From Bacteroidales bacterium (GTDB lineage Bacteria > Bacteroidota > Bacteroidia > Bacteroidales > UBA12077): a DNA stretch of 64,000 bases. The notes under the pieces were generated by a model. The model was not told where the DNA came from. It saw only the letters and a program-made list of their open reading frames with translations, and made no database searches. This document shows, piece after piece, positions 10,148-18,010 of this stretch (positions are counted from its first letter, which is position 1; every line of letters starts with the position of its first letter). The position numbers and the translations under genes are program-made. The stretch spans positions 913 to 64,912 of the forward strand of contig JAHOYT010000053.1 of assembly GCA_019038645.1 (NCBI GenBank), written 5' to 3'.

Positions 10148-10534
10148 ATGGAACCTTTGCAAATAGCCGCAACAGAAGAATCGCCAGGTATAAATTTCGA
10201 TAAAGATGTTGGCAAATTCTTAATTTTCGGAAAATCATTTCCTGAAGACGTAAAAAAGTTTTACAACCCGGTTATTTACTGGTTAGAAGAATATGTAAAA
10301 ACCCCGAATGACAATACGGTATTTGAGTTTCGCCTTGAATACTTTAATTCTGCAACCTCAACCATATTATTAGAAATATTTTATATTCTTGAACGAATTA
10401 TTAACGAACAGGAAAAAGCAGTAAAAATAACCTGGAATTATCTGGAAGTGGACGACGATATGCTTGATTCGGGAAAAGAATACGAGGAAATGATAAAAAT
10501 GCCTTTTGAATATAAAGTCATCGAGGATTATTAA
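10148..10534 (+). CDS. DUF1987 / SiaC-like small regulatory (phospho)protein, copy 2 (paralogue of 9708..10097)
   Basis: 128 aa and colinear with the preceding gene (GKSFPEDVKKFYNPVIYWLEEY ... EYFNSATS ... MPFEYKV). Confidence 0.75.
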   Translation: MEPLQIAATEESPGINFDKDVGKFLIFGKSFPEDVKKFYNPVIYWLEEYVKTPNDNTVFEFRLEYFNSATSTILLEIFYILERIINEQEKAVKITWNYLEVDDDMLDSGKEYEEMIKMPFEYKVIEDY

Positions 10535-10570
10535 ACAAAATAGCTCTCCTAAAAAGTCAAAAAAACAAAT

Positions 10571-10604
10571 AAAAAAACCCTCCGGAAATTCCGAAGGGTT
10601 TTTT
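10571..10604. terminator. Bidirectional rho-independent terminator
   Basis: A-run, then stem CCCTCCGG / CCGAAGGG (one mismatch), then T-run. It sits between convergent DUF1987 copy 2 and tRNA-Asn. Confidence 0.6.
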
Positions 10605-10605
10605 G

Positions 10606-10679
10606 CTCCTCAGGTAGGATTTGAACCTACGACTCCCTGATTAACAGTCAGGTGCTCTAACCAACTGAGCTACTGAGGA
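10606..10679 (-). tRNA. tRNA-Asn (anticodon GTT)
   Basis: The reverse complement reads TCCTCAGTAGCTCAGTTGGTTAGAGCACCTGACTGTTAATCAGGGAGTCGTAGGTTCAAATCCTACCTGAGGAG. It has a 7-bp acceptor stem, anticodon loop CT-GTT-AA, and a GGTTCAAATCC T-loop. Confidence 0.95.
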
Positions 10680-11054
10680 ATTTTACAAAAATCAGATTCC
10701 TGATTTGACTGGCAAAAATAAAAGCTTTTTATTAATAAACAAACAGTTCAATAAGAAAAATACACATTTTTTTTATCACAGAACATTATAGTGCTGATTT
10801 ACTGAATATAAACATTCTGTTACTCAATAATAAGCTGTAAAAGCATTGCCGAACAATTTTATAAAATCAATTTAAATTATGTGTTTTTTAATATAAAACT
10901 CTTTTTAAACCATTGCTATTCCATGCATTTCATAAAATTTATTTCGGCATGTTATAAAACATATTTATTGCCAAAAATACAACCTACTTTACCATGCTTT
11001 TAGCAGAAAAAAGAGCCGGTATAAAAGGATTACAGACATAAAATTACTACAGTT

Positions 11055-11435
11055 TTGATAATTGGAATAGGAACAGATATCTTCGAAGTTGAACGGATGA
11101 AAACTAAAATAGAGAAGCAACCATCATTAATTGAAGGTATATTTACCGACAATGAAATTAGTTACTGTAATCAGTATAAAAATAAAGCTCAGAGATTTGC
11201 CGCCCGTTATGCTGCAAAAGAAGCATTTTTAAAAGCGCTTGGGACAGGCTGGAGAGACGGAATCACTTTTAAAGATATTAATATAATAAATGATGATTTA
11301 GGGAAACCGGAAATTAAATTATCAGGTATGGCTAAACAAATTGCTGATAAATTAGGCGTAACTGCTGTACATTTATCAATGAGTCACACTAAAGATCTGG
11401 CAAGTGCATTCGTAATAATAAATAATAATAACTAA
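11055..11435 (+). CDS. acpS: Holo-[acyl-carrier-protein] synthase (4'-phosphopantetheinyl transferase)
   Basis: The N-terminus (M)IIGIGTDIFEVERM and the motif FAARYAAKEAFLKALGTG are typical of AcpS. The length is 126 aa and the start codon is TTG. Confidence 0.85.
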   Translation: MIIGIGTDIFEVERMKTKIEKQPSLIEGIFTDNEISYCNQYKNKAQRFAARYAAKEAFLKALGTGWRDGITFKDINIINDDLGKPEIKLSGMAKQIADKLGVTAVHLSMSHTKDLASAFVIINNNN

Positions 11436-11462
11436 ATACTAAAAATTAAACTTTTTTATCTT

Positions 11463-13166
11463 ATGTCAAACATTGGGTCCTACGAAAAACGATTAGAAGA
11501 CTTCGATTGGTCAATTGCCGAAAAAGAGCTTGACTATAAAAGCGGAGATGATATTAATATCGGATGGTATTGTTCCGATAGAATTTGTGAAATGGGAAAA
11601 GCAGATAAACCGGCCTTAATCTGGGAAGGATTAGGCGGCGTTGAAAAACAATACACTTTTAATGATGTTCGTTTACGAAGCAATACAATTGCTTCATTTC
11701 TTAAAGATTTAGGAATTAAAAACGAAGACAGGGTTTGTCTTTTTATGGATAAAATTCCTGAATTATATATTGGTTTTGTGGGAATATTAAAATTAGGTGC
11801 TGTTGCTCAGCCTCTTTTTTCTGCATTTGGTGATGAATCATTACATGTAAGACTTGATAATGCGCAAACAACTGCTATTATTACGCAACGAAAGCATGTA
11901 TCCAAAGTAAGAAAGATCCTTGATCAGATGCCTTATGTAAAGCATATTATTCTGGTTGATTATGATGGTAGCAAACCTCTTAGAGAAAGAGAAGTTGCTT
12001 TTAATATGGATGAAGCTGAGCAGGTTGAAAAATTCGAAGCATTCCCTACAAAAGCTGAATCGCCATCTGTTCTTCATTATACTTCAGGAACAACCGGACA
12101 ACCAAAAGGTGTTAAACACGTTCATTATTCACTGATATCCCAATATTTAACTACTAAATGGGTTTTAGATTTACAGGAAAATGATATTTACTGGTGTACT
12201 GCCGATCCGGGATGGGTAACCGGAACATCTTACGGTATAATCGGACCATGGAGTCTTGGTATTACACAATGTGTACTCGATACAGGATTTTCTGCCGAAT
12301 CGTGGTATAAATTCATCGAAAAAAGGAAAGTTACCATGTGGTACTCTGCTCCTACAGCTATCAGATCATTAATGAAAGCAGGTAATGAAATTATAAAACA
12401 ATACGATCTTTCATCATTACGTCATTTGGCAAGTGTGGGCGAACCATTAAACGCCGAAGCAGTAATATGGTCTGAAAAAGTATTCGGAAAAGCATTTTTG
12501 GATACCTACTGGCAAACCGAAACGGGATCAATGATGTTAACCAATTATCCTGGAATGAAAATTAAACCGGGATCAATGGGAAAACCTTTTCCTGGTATTA
12601 CAGCAACAGTTCTCGATACAAAAACATTTGAGCCAATATCTGAAACAGGAAAACCCGGGTTAATCGGATTTAAACCAGACTGGCCGGCAATGATGAGAAC
12701 TTACTGGAGAAACGAAGAAACATATCAGAAAAAGTTCGAAAATGGCTGGTATCTGCCTGGCGATCGTGCATATATTGACCAGGATGGATATTACTGGTTT
12801 ATTGGCCGCGACGATGATGTAATTAATACCGGCGGACACCTAATTAGTCCATTTGAAGTTGAATCTGCATTACTGGAACACGAAGCTGTTGCAGAATCAG
12901 CAGTTGTTGCAAAACCCGACGAAGTAAATATGGAAGTTGTTAAAGCTTTTGTAACTTTAAAACCGGGATTTGTTGCCGATGATGATCTTGAGTTAAAAAT
13001 TATGAACTTTATTCGTAAAAAATTATCTCCATTGGCAATGCCACAGGAAATTGAATACAGAGATTCGCTTCCGAAAACACGAAGTGGTAAAATTATGAGA
13101 CGAGTGTTGCACGCTCAGGAATGGGGCGAAGAAATTGGTGATATATCAACTCTTGAAGACGATTAA
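11463..13166 (+). CDS. AcsA-type (acetyl-CoA-synthetase-like) AMP-forming acyl ligase
   Basis: ANL motifs YTSGTTGQPKG, WQTETG, GDRAY and PKTRSGKIMRRVL are present. Overall it is colinear with my recollection of Bacillus AcsA (FDW..AEKE ... DIYWCTADPGWVTGTSYGI ... WYSAPTA). Confidence 0.85.
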   Translation: MSNIGSYEKRLEDFDWSIAEKELDYKSGDDINIGWYCSDRICEMGKADKPALIWEGLGGVEKQYTFNDVRLRSNTIASFLKDLGIKNEDRVCLFMDKIPELYIGFVGILKLGAVAQPLFSAFGDESLHVRLDNAQTTAIITQRKHVSKVRKILDQMPYVKHIILVDYDGSKPLREREVAFNMDEAEQVEKFEAFPTKAESPSVLHYTSGTTGQPKGVKHVHYSLISQYLTTKWVLDLQENDIYWCTADPGWVTGTSYGIIGPWSLGITQCVLDTGFSAESWYKFIEKRKVTMWYSAPTAIRSLMKAGNEIIKQYDLSSLRHLASVGEPLNAEAVIWSEKVFGKAFLDTYWQTETGSMMLTNYPGMKIKPGSMGKPFPGITATVLDTKTFEPISETGKPGLIGFKPDWPAMMRTYWRNEETYQKKFENGWYLPGDRAYIDQDGYYWFIGRDDDVINTGGHLISPFEVESALLEHEAVAESAVVAKPDEVNMEVVKAFVTLKPGFVADDDLELKIMNFIRKKLSPLAMPQEIEYRDSLPKTRSGKIMRRVLHAQEWGEEIGDISTLEDD

Positions 13167-13216
13167 TTAATAAATGTAAAACAGAAAATAAATTAAAAAC
13201 TTAAAAAATACGAATT

Positions 13217-13459
13217 ATGGAAGACATGAAAGAAATTATCCTGGAATATGTAATTGAAGAATATTGCGACGAAGAAAATGACGATGTAACATTTGATACT
13301 CCACTAATTTCTGGTGGTATTGTTGACTCTTTTTCAATGGTTTCTTTAAAAAGATTTCTTGAGAATAAATACAAAATTTCTATTCCTGATGCAGATGCTT
13401 CACCTGAAGCTTTTGATACTGTGAATAAAATTGAAGTATTAGTAAAAAGATTTCAATAG
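13217..13459 (+). CDS. Stand-alone acyl/peptidyl carrier protein
   Basis: 80 aa and acidic, with a candidate phosphopantetheine attachment site GGIVDSFSMVSL (DSx motif) at the expected position. Confidence 0.7.
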   Translation: MEDMKEIILEYVIEEYCDEENDDVTFDTPLISGGIVDSFSMVSLKRFLENKYKISIPDADASPEAFDTVNKIEVLVKRFQ

Positions 13460-13569
13460 AATTGGAGATATCCGTAAAGTCAGGTAAGTGTCATTCCCAA
13501 TCAAGTTGAGGATGACAAATAAGGATTTTTTGGATAGTTTCTTTTTGTTTCATTTAAACACTAATAATT

Positions 13570-14817
13570 ATGGCATATTCAGATAAGATTAAAGAAATAT
13601 ATCAAAATCAGCTAACCGGAATACAGGAAGCCGGATTGTTTAAGCAGGAGAGATTTATTCATTCATCGCAGGATGCTGAAATCGAAGTGGAATTTCCAAC
13701 CGGATCTGCACCTAAAAAAGTAATTAATGTATGCGCAAATAACTACCTCGGGCTATCGAGTCATCCGGAAGTAATTAAAGCTGCACACGAAGGACTTGAC
13801 ACACGTGGATACGGAATGTCATCTGTACGTTTTATATGTGGTACTCAGGACATTCACCGTGAGTTGGAAAACAAAGTAAGCGAATTTTTAGGAACAGAAG
13901 ATACCATTTTGTTTCCATCCTGTATGGATGCCAATGCTGGTGTTTTTGAAGCTATACTTACCAGCGAGGATATAATGATCTCAGACAGATTAGTACATGC
14001 ATCAATAATTGATGGTATGCGTTTGTGTGCAGCACAACACGATACGTTTAAGCATTCCGACATGGCTCATCTCGAAAAGAAATTACAACTACATGCCGAT
14101 AAAAGGTTAAAGGTTGTAATAAACGATGGTGTTTACTCAATGGATGGCGATACTGCCAAGCTTGACGAAATGGCTGCGCTTTGTGAAAAATACGATGCAC
14201 TACTATTTGTTGACGAATCGCACTCATCAGGATTTATTGGTAAAACAGGACGCGGAACACACGAAAAGTGTGGTGTAATGGGTAAAATAGACATTATTAC
14301 TACAACATTTGGTAAAGCATTGGGTGGAGCATCAGGAGGTTGCGTTTCAGGACGTAAAGAAATTGTTGAGATGTGCCGTCAGAAAGCACGACCATATTTG
14401 TTCTCAAACACCATTGCTCCTGTTGTTGTTAGCGGAGTATTACGCGTATTGGATATTCTTTCGCAAAGTACCGAGCGACGCGATAAGCTGGAAGAAAACA
14501 CTAAATTCTGGCGTAAAGGATTAACCGAAGCTGGTTTTGTTTTAAAAGATGGCGATACTCCTATTGTTCCTGTAATGCTGTTTAATGCAAAATTAGCACA
14601 GGATTTCTCAAAAGATCTTTTCGATCTGGGAATTTATGCTATTGGCTTCTTTTTCCCTGTTGTTCCACAAGGAGCTGCGCGAATAAGAACCCAGATTTCT
14701 GCCGGACACGAAATGCATCATCTTGAAAAAGCATTGGATGCGTTTATTCAGGTTGGTAAAAAGTACGATATCCTTGGTAAAACAAAACAGGAAATTATCG
14801 AAATGTACGGAAACTAA
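13570..14817 (+). CDS. Alpha-oxoamine synthase family PLP enzyme (Kbl / serine-palmitoyltransferase-like)
   Basis: NNYLGLSSHP, GMSSVRFICGTQ, HASIIDG, SMDGD, VDESHSSGF and the PLP lysine in TTFGKALGG are all present. It has a 19-aa longer, divergent C-terminal tail than the paralogue at 25606. Confidence 0.9.
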   Translation: MAYSDKIKEIYQNQLTGIQEAGLFKQERFIHSSQDAEIEVEFPTGSAPKKVINVCANNYLGLSSHPEVIKAAHEGLDTRGYGMSSVRFICGTQDIHRELENKVSEFLGTEDTILFPSCMDANAGVFEAILTSEDIMISDRLVHASIIDGMRLCAAQHDTFKHSDMAHLEKKLQLHADKRLKVVINDGVYSMDGDTAKLDEMAALCEKYDALLFVDESHSSGFIGKTGRGTHEKCGVMGKIDIITTTFGKALGGASGGCVSGRKEIVEMCRQKARPYLFSNTIAPVVVSGVLRVLDILSQSTERRDKLEENTKFWRKGLTEAGFVLKDGDTPIVPVMLFNAKLAQDFSKDLFDLGIYAIGFFFPVVPQGAARIRTQISAGHEMHHLEKALDAFIQVGKKYDILGKTKQEIIEMYGN

Positions 14818-14843
14818 CATTAAAAAATTCTAATAGTACTAAA

Positions 14844-14874
14844 AGCTGTCTGTTAATTCAGGCAGCTTTTTTAT
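14844..14874 (+). terminator. Rho-independent terminator after the AOS gene
   Basis: Stem AGCTGTCTG / CAGGCAGCT (one G.U pair) followed by TTTTTT. A second hairpin, CCCCTTT-tcct-AAAGGGG plus a T-run, follows at about 14880-14910. Confidence 0.7.
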
Positions 14875-14963
14875 ATTTCCCCTTTTCCTAAAGGGGGATT
14901 TTTTCCTTTGCTCCAAATCAAACAATTTATAATAAAAGATCATTTAATCCGAAATTCCTGAAG

Positions 14964-15130
14964 CACAACGTTTTGCAATTTTAAAATAATATTCATACTT
15001 TTATACAACTTACCTTAAGAACGTACATTTCGGAACACGAAAAGGAGTATTAATGTAACATTAGTATAAAGTACGTGTATTGCATAAAATTTATTTGTTT
15101 TCTATTTGATTTGTATAATACATGTACAAA
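14964..15130 (+). promoter_or_regulatory. Repeated promoter + conserved 5' leader element, copy A (upstream of GIY-YIG gene)
   Basis: TTTG at 14972-75, then a 20-nt spacer, then TACTTTTA at 14996-15003 (Bacteroidetes -33/-7 geometry). The conserved core at 15008-15082 matches copy B in blocks of 23/23, 19/19 and 12/12 nt. Confidence 0.55.
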
Positions 15131-15237
15131 TTAAACCTGTAATCATTTGTTGGCTATAAAGCAAAAAATGAAAACAATATTACACAGAAAAGAAAAGATA
15201 TAAGAGATAGTCAAAAGATTAACTAACTTTAATTATT

Positions 15238-15603
15238 ATGGTACAACAACAGATTCCCTGGAGTAGCTTTCAAAGTTGTAAAGCAACAAATATAAATAAT
15301 GTTCCCGAAATGGCAGGAGTTTATCTTGTCTGGATCAAACTCAATAATGGCGAATGGGCATGTTTCTACGTAGGACAGGCCAATGATTTAAAATCAAGGT
15401 TATTGCTGCATCTTTCCGGTAATGAAGTGAATGATTGTATTAAAATCAACCTTAGAAAATACAACTGTGGTTTTGAGTATGCTTCAGTTGGTAAGCAAAA
15501 CGATAGAGACGGAATAGAAAAATATTTATCTGACCATTATAAACCAGAATGTAATCATATTTCTCCTCCACAAGTTGACCCAATTGTAGTTAATCTGCCA
15601 TAA
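15238..15603 (+). CDS. Small GIY-YIG nuclease-domain protein
   Basis: GVYLVW ... CFYVGQANDLKSRLLLH ... GIEKYL ... P.CN fits the GIY / YIG / Arg / Glu / Asn signature. The protein is 121 aa with no other domain. Confidence 0.7.
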   Translation: MVQQQIPWSSFQSCKATNINNVPEMAGVYLVWIKLNNGEWACFYVGQANDLKSRLLLHLSGNEVNDCIKINLRKYNCGFEYASVGKQNDRDGIEKYLSDHYKPECNHISPPQVDPIVVNLP

Positions 15604-15885
15604 TTACTTAAATACAAGATATCACACTACTGGCATGATTTTGTTGCCTTCACAAGATCGTCTGAATGTCAAGAGGCAGGCTTCTAAGTTTATGCTAAGT
15701 AATAATCTGGCATTTTTTTATCAAATTTCAATACATGCTCACCAACCATACAGGTAATTATCTTCTTATTTGATAGTTTTATAAATAGTTTGTAGATTCA
15801 TAACTTATTAAAAAGATGGAGTTTTTAGACTCTGTTAATTACAAGTATTAATATTACCCATGCAAAATCATAAAAAACTAATATT

Positions 15886-16128
15886 ATGAAAAACCCAAAA
15901 CTAACTGGCTTAAGTTTAGAAGAACTTGAAAAGAAACATAAAAATCTCAAATTGGTAGCAGTACTTTTAGTTAGTATAATAATATTATTCAGTGTATTAA
16001 TTGCTTTTTCAGTAATTGAGCTGGAATCAAGCTATTTATATATATTTCCAGTTGTTTTCATTCCAAACTTATTGATTAATTTCCTTATGATTAAAAAAAT
16101 AAGGACTGAAATTGAGTCGAGAAAATAA
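15886..16128 (+). CDS. Small two-TM membrane protein (hypothetical)
   Basis: 80 aa with two hydrophobic helices (VAVLLVSIIILFSVLIAFSVI and YIFPVVFIPNLLINFLMI). I recognise no family. Confidence 0.4.
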   Translation: MKNPKLTGLSLEELEKKHKNLKLVAVLLVSIIILFSVLIAFSVIELESSYLYIFPVVFIPNLLINFLMIKKIRTEIESRK

Positions 16129-16202
16129 TACGCCGCTTCTCAAAGCCAGCCTTATTGTTAAACAAAATAAATTCGATTGTGCAGCAATAAAAAATAAAAA
16201 TC

Positions 16203-16577
16203 ATGCAAATAATAAAAACACTCAAAATGCCAAAGAGTAATGGTCATTACTCACAATGTATTCATCATAACGGTGTTTTATATCTGTCGGGACAACTTCC
16301 TATTGATCAACATACCAGGGCAATCCCAAAAACTATTGAAGAACAAACAGATTTGGCATTACATAATGTAGAATTAATTTTGAATGAAGCAGGAAGTTCA
16401 AAAAATCAGATACTACAAATGCGTGTATATATATCAGATATTGCACTTTGGGATAAAGTTAATGAAAGGTACAGTATCTTTTTTGATGACCATATACCAG
16501 TCAGAAGTGTTATTCCAACACGGGATTTACATTTCGGATGCCTTATTGAAATTGAAGCAACAGCAATTTCCGGCTAG
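16203..16577 (+). CDS. RidA/YjgF/L-PSP family protein
   Basis: GHYSQCIHHNGVLYLSGQLPID ... QTDLALHNVELIL ... R..I....L..G.LIEIEA is a typical RidA fold signature. Confidence 0.85.
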   Translation: MQIIKTLKMPKSNGHYSQCIHHNGVLYLSGQLPIDQHTRAIPKTIEEQTDLALHNVELILNEAGSSKNQILQMRVYISDIALWDKVNERYSIFFDDHIPVRSVIPTRDLHFGCLIEIEATAISG

Positions 16578-16639
16578 TACATTTGCCCGGCTAACGTAAG
16601 CGTCATTGCTAATGCTTATCAGAATAAACACACAAGCTA

Positions 16640-16800
16640 TTGACATTAAGTAAATTAATTCCTAATTTTACTTTCACTTACCTTAAGAACGTACATTTTA
16701 AATCCGAAAAGGAGTATTAATGTTGTATTAATACTTAGTACGTGTATTACAAAAAAACCAGCTGTTTTTATCTTATGTGTATCATATACATACAAGCTGT
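16640..16800 (+). promoter_or_regulatory. Repeated promoter + conserved 5' leader element, copy B (upstream of EEP nuclease gene)
   Basis: TTG at 16640-42, a 20-nt spacer, then TAATTTTA at 16663-70. The conserved core lies at 16676-16750. Weaker homology to copy A continues up to the ATG (for example ATTAACTA just before both start codons). Confidence 0.55.
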
Positions 16801-16875
16801 CTTATAATTAATATTTACAAACAAGACAAAAAGAGAAAACTTTACTAATAATAAAATTAACTAAAAAAGTAAATT

Positions 16876-17844
16876 ATGTTTCATGGAAATTTAGATTATT
16901 ATACAGCACTTGGCTTACAGGAATTGAGATCCCGTATTGCCAAAGGAAGTATCCCTGCTTCTAAATTAGATAAATCAATTAATGTTGCAACCTGGAATAT
17001 TCGTGAATTTGGTAAATCTAAAAGACGCTCGGATTCTTTACATTTTATTGCAGAAACACTTGGTCAGTTTGACTTAATTGCTGTTACAGAGTTAAGAAAA
17101 AATCTCTCGCAACTTAAAAAAGTACTTGAAATCTTAGGTCCATATTGGAAAGTTGTTTTTTCTGATTACACACTGGACAGAGGTGGTAATGGTGAACGCA
17201 TGGCTTATATTTATGACAAGAGAGCTGTTGTATTCACAGGCTTAGCTGCCGAAGCAGATCCTCCAAGAAAAAAGAATAAAGAAACAGGTGAATATGAAGC
17301 TTTATTAACCTGGTGGCGACCACCTTTTATTGCTTCATTTTCTGCTGGTAGTTTTGATTTCATGCTTCTGACAGTACATATTCGTTGGGGAAATAAGATA
17401 AGTGAACGAAAAAGAGCATTAGAACATCTTGCCAAATGGGTTGATAAAAAAAGAAAGGATGCTTATAGTGTAGACAAGGATATTATTGTTATGGGCGATT
17501 TTAATATTCCTAAACTTGACGACTCGCTATTTCAGGCTGTAACCAGCAAAGGTCTACGTATTCCTGATTCATTGAGGGGCTTAGACCATGGATCTAACTT
17601 AGCAATGAACAAGAGATACGATCAAATCTTTTATTACCCTAATTACACCAAATCATTTACTAACCATGGAGGCATTCTTGACTTTCACACCGGTGGCATA
17701 GATAAGTTATATCCGAAAGACACTCCTGAGTTTAATGCTTATACTTTCGAGATGTCTGATCACCTACCTCTTTGGGTGCAATTAAATATTGATATCGAAG
17801 ATGAAAAACTTGACCAAATAATACAAAAGAAAAAACCAAAATAA
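16876..17844 (+). CDS. Endonuclease/exonuclease/phosphatase (EEP, DNase-I-like) family protein
   Basis: VATWNIREFG, AVTELR, MGDFNIP and MSDHLPLW are the canonical EEP catalytic motifs. There is no signal peptide. Confidence 0.85.
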   Translation: MFHGNLDYYTALGLQELRSRIAKGSIPASKLDKSINVATWNIREFGKSKRRSDSLHFIAETLGQFDLIAVTELRKNLSQLKKVLEILGPYWKVVFSDYTLDRGGNGERMAYIYDKRAVVFTGLAAEADPPRKKNKETGEYEALLTWWRPPFIASFSAGSFDFMLLTVHIRWGNKISERKRALEHLAKWVDKKRKDAYSVDKDIIVMGDFNIPKLDDSLFQAVTSKGLRIPDSLRGLDHGSNLAMNKRYDQIFYYPNYTKSFTNHGGILDFHTGGIDKLYPKDTPEFNAYTFEMSDHLPLWVQLNIDIEDEKLDQIIQKKKPK

Positions 17845-17931
17845 ATATATACTGTTGTTGCGCTAATATGAGCCTTTAACTTATTATTTAAAATGATAAA
17901 TAATGTCGTGAAAAAATCTCATCTAATTACA

Positions 17932-18010
17932 ATACAACATTTTGCAATTATATTATATTATCTCAAATTTTATACAACTTGCCTGAAGAATATATTTGCC
18001 GAACTAGAAT
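17932..18010 (+). promoter_or_regulatory. Repeated promoter/leader element, copy C (degenerate)
   Basis: ACAACATTTTGCAATT-N-AAATTTTATACAACTTGCCTGAAGAATATATTTGCCGAAC aligns with copy A, ACAACGTTTTGCAATT-N-TACTTTTATACAACTTACCTTAAGAACGTACATTTCGGAAC. Homology fades after about 18010. Confidence 0.45.

Noticed and set aside
13460-13569. Imperfect hairpin TGTCATTC...GGATGACA between the carrier-protein gene and the AOS gene, considered as an internal terminator or attenuator.
   Set aside because: The stem is short with a wobble pair, and the T-run starts about 10 nt after the stem. This is not enough evidence to call a terminator, although it may modulate read-through.
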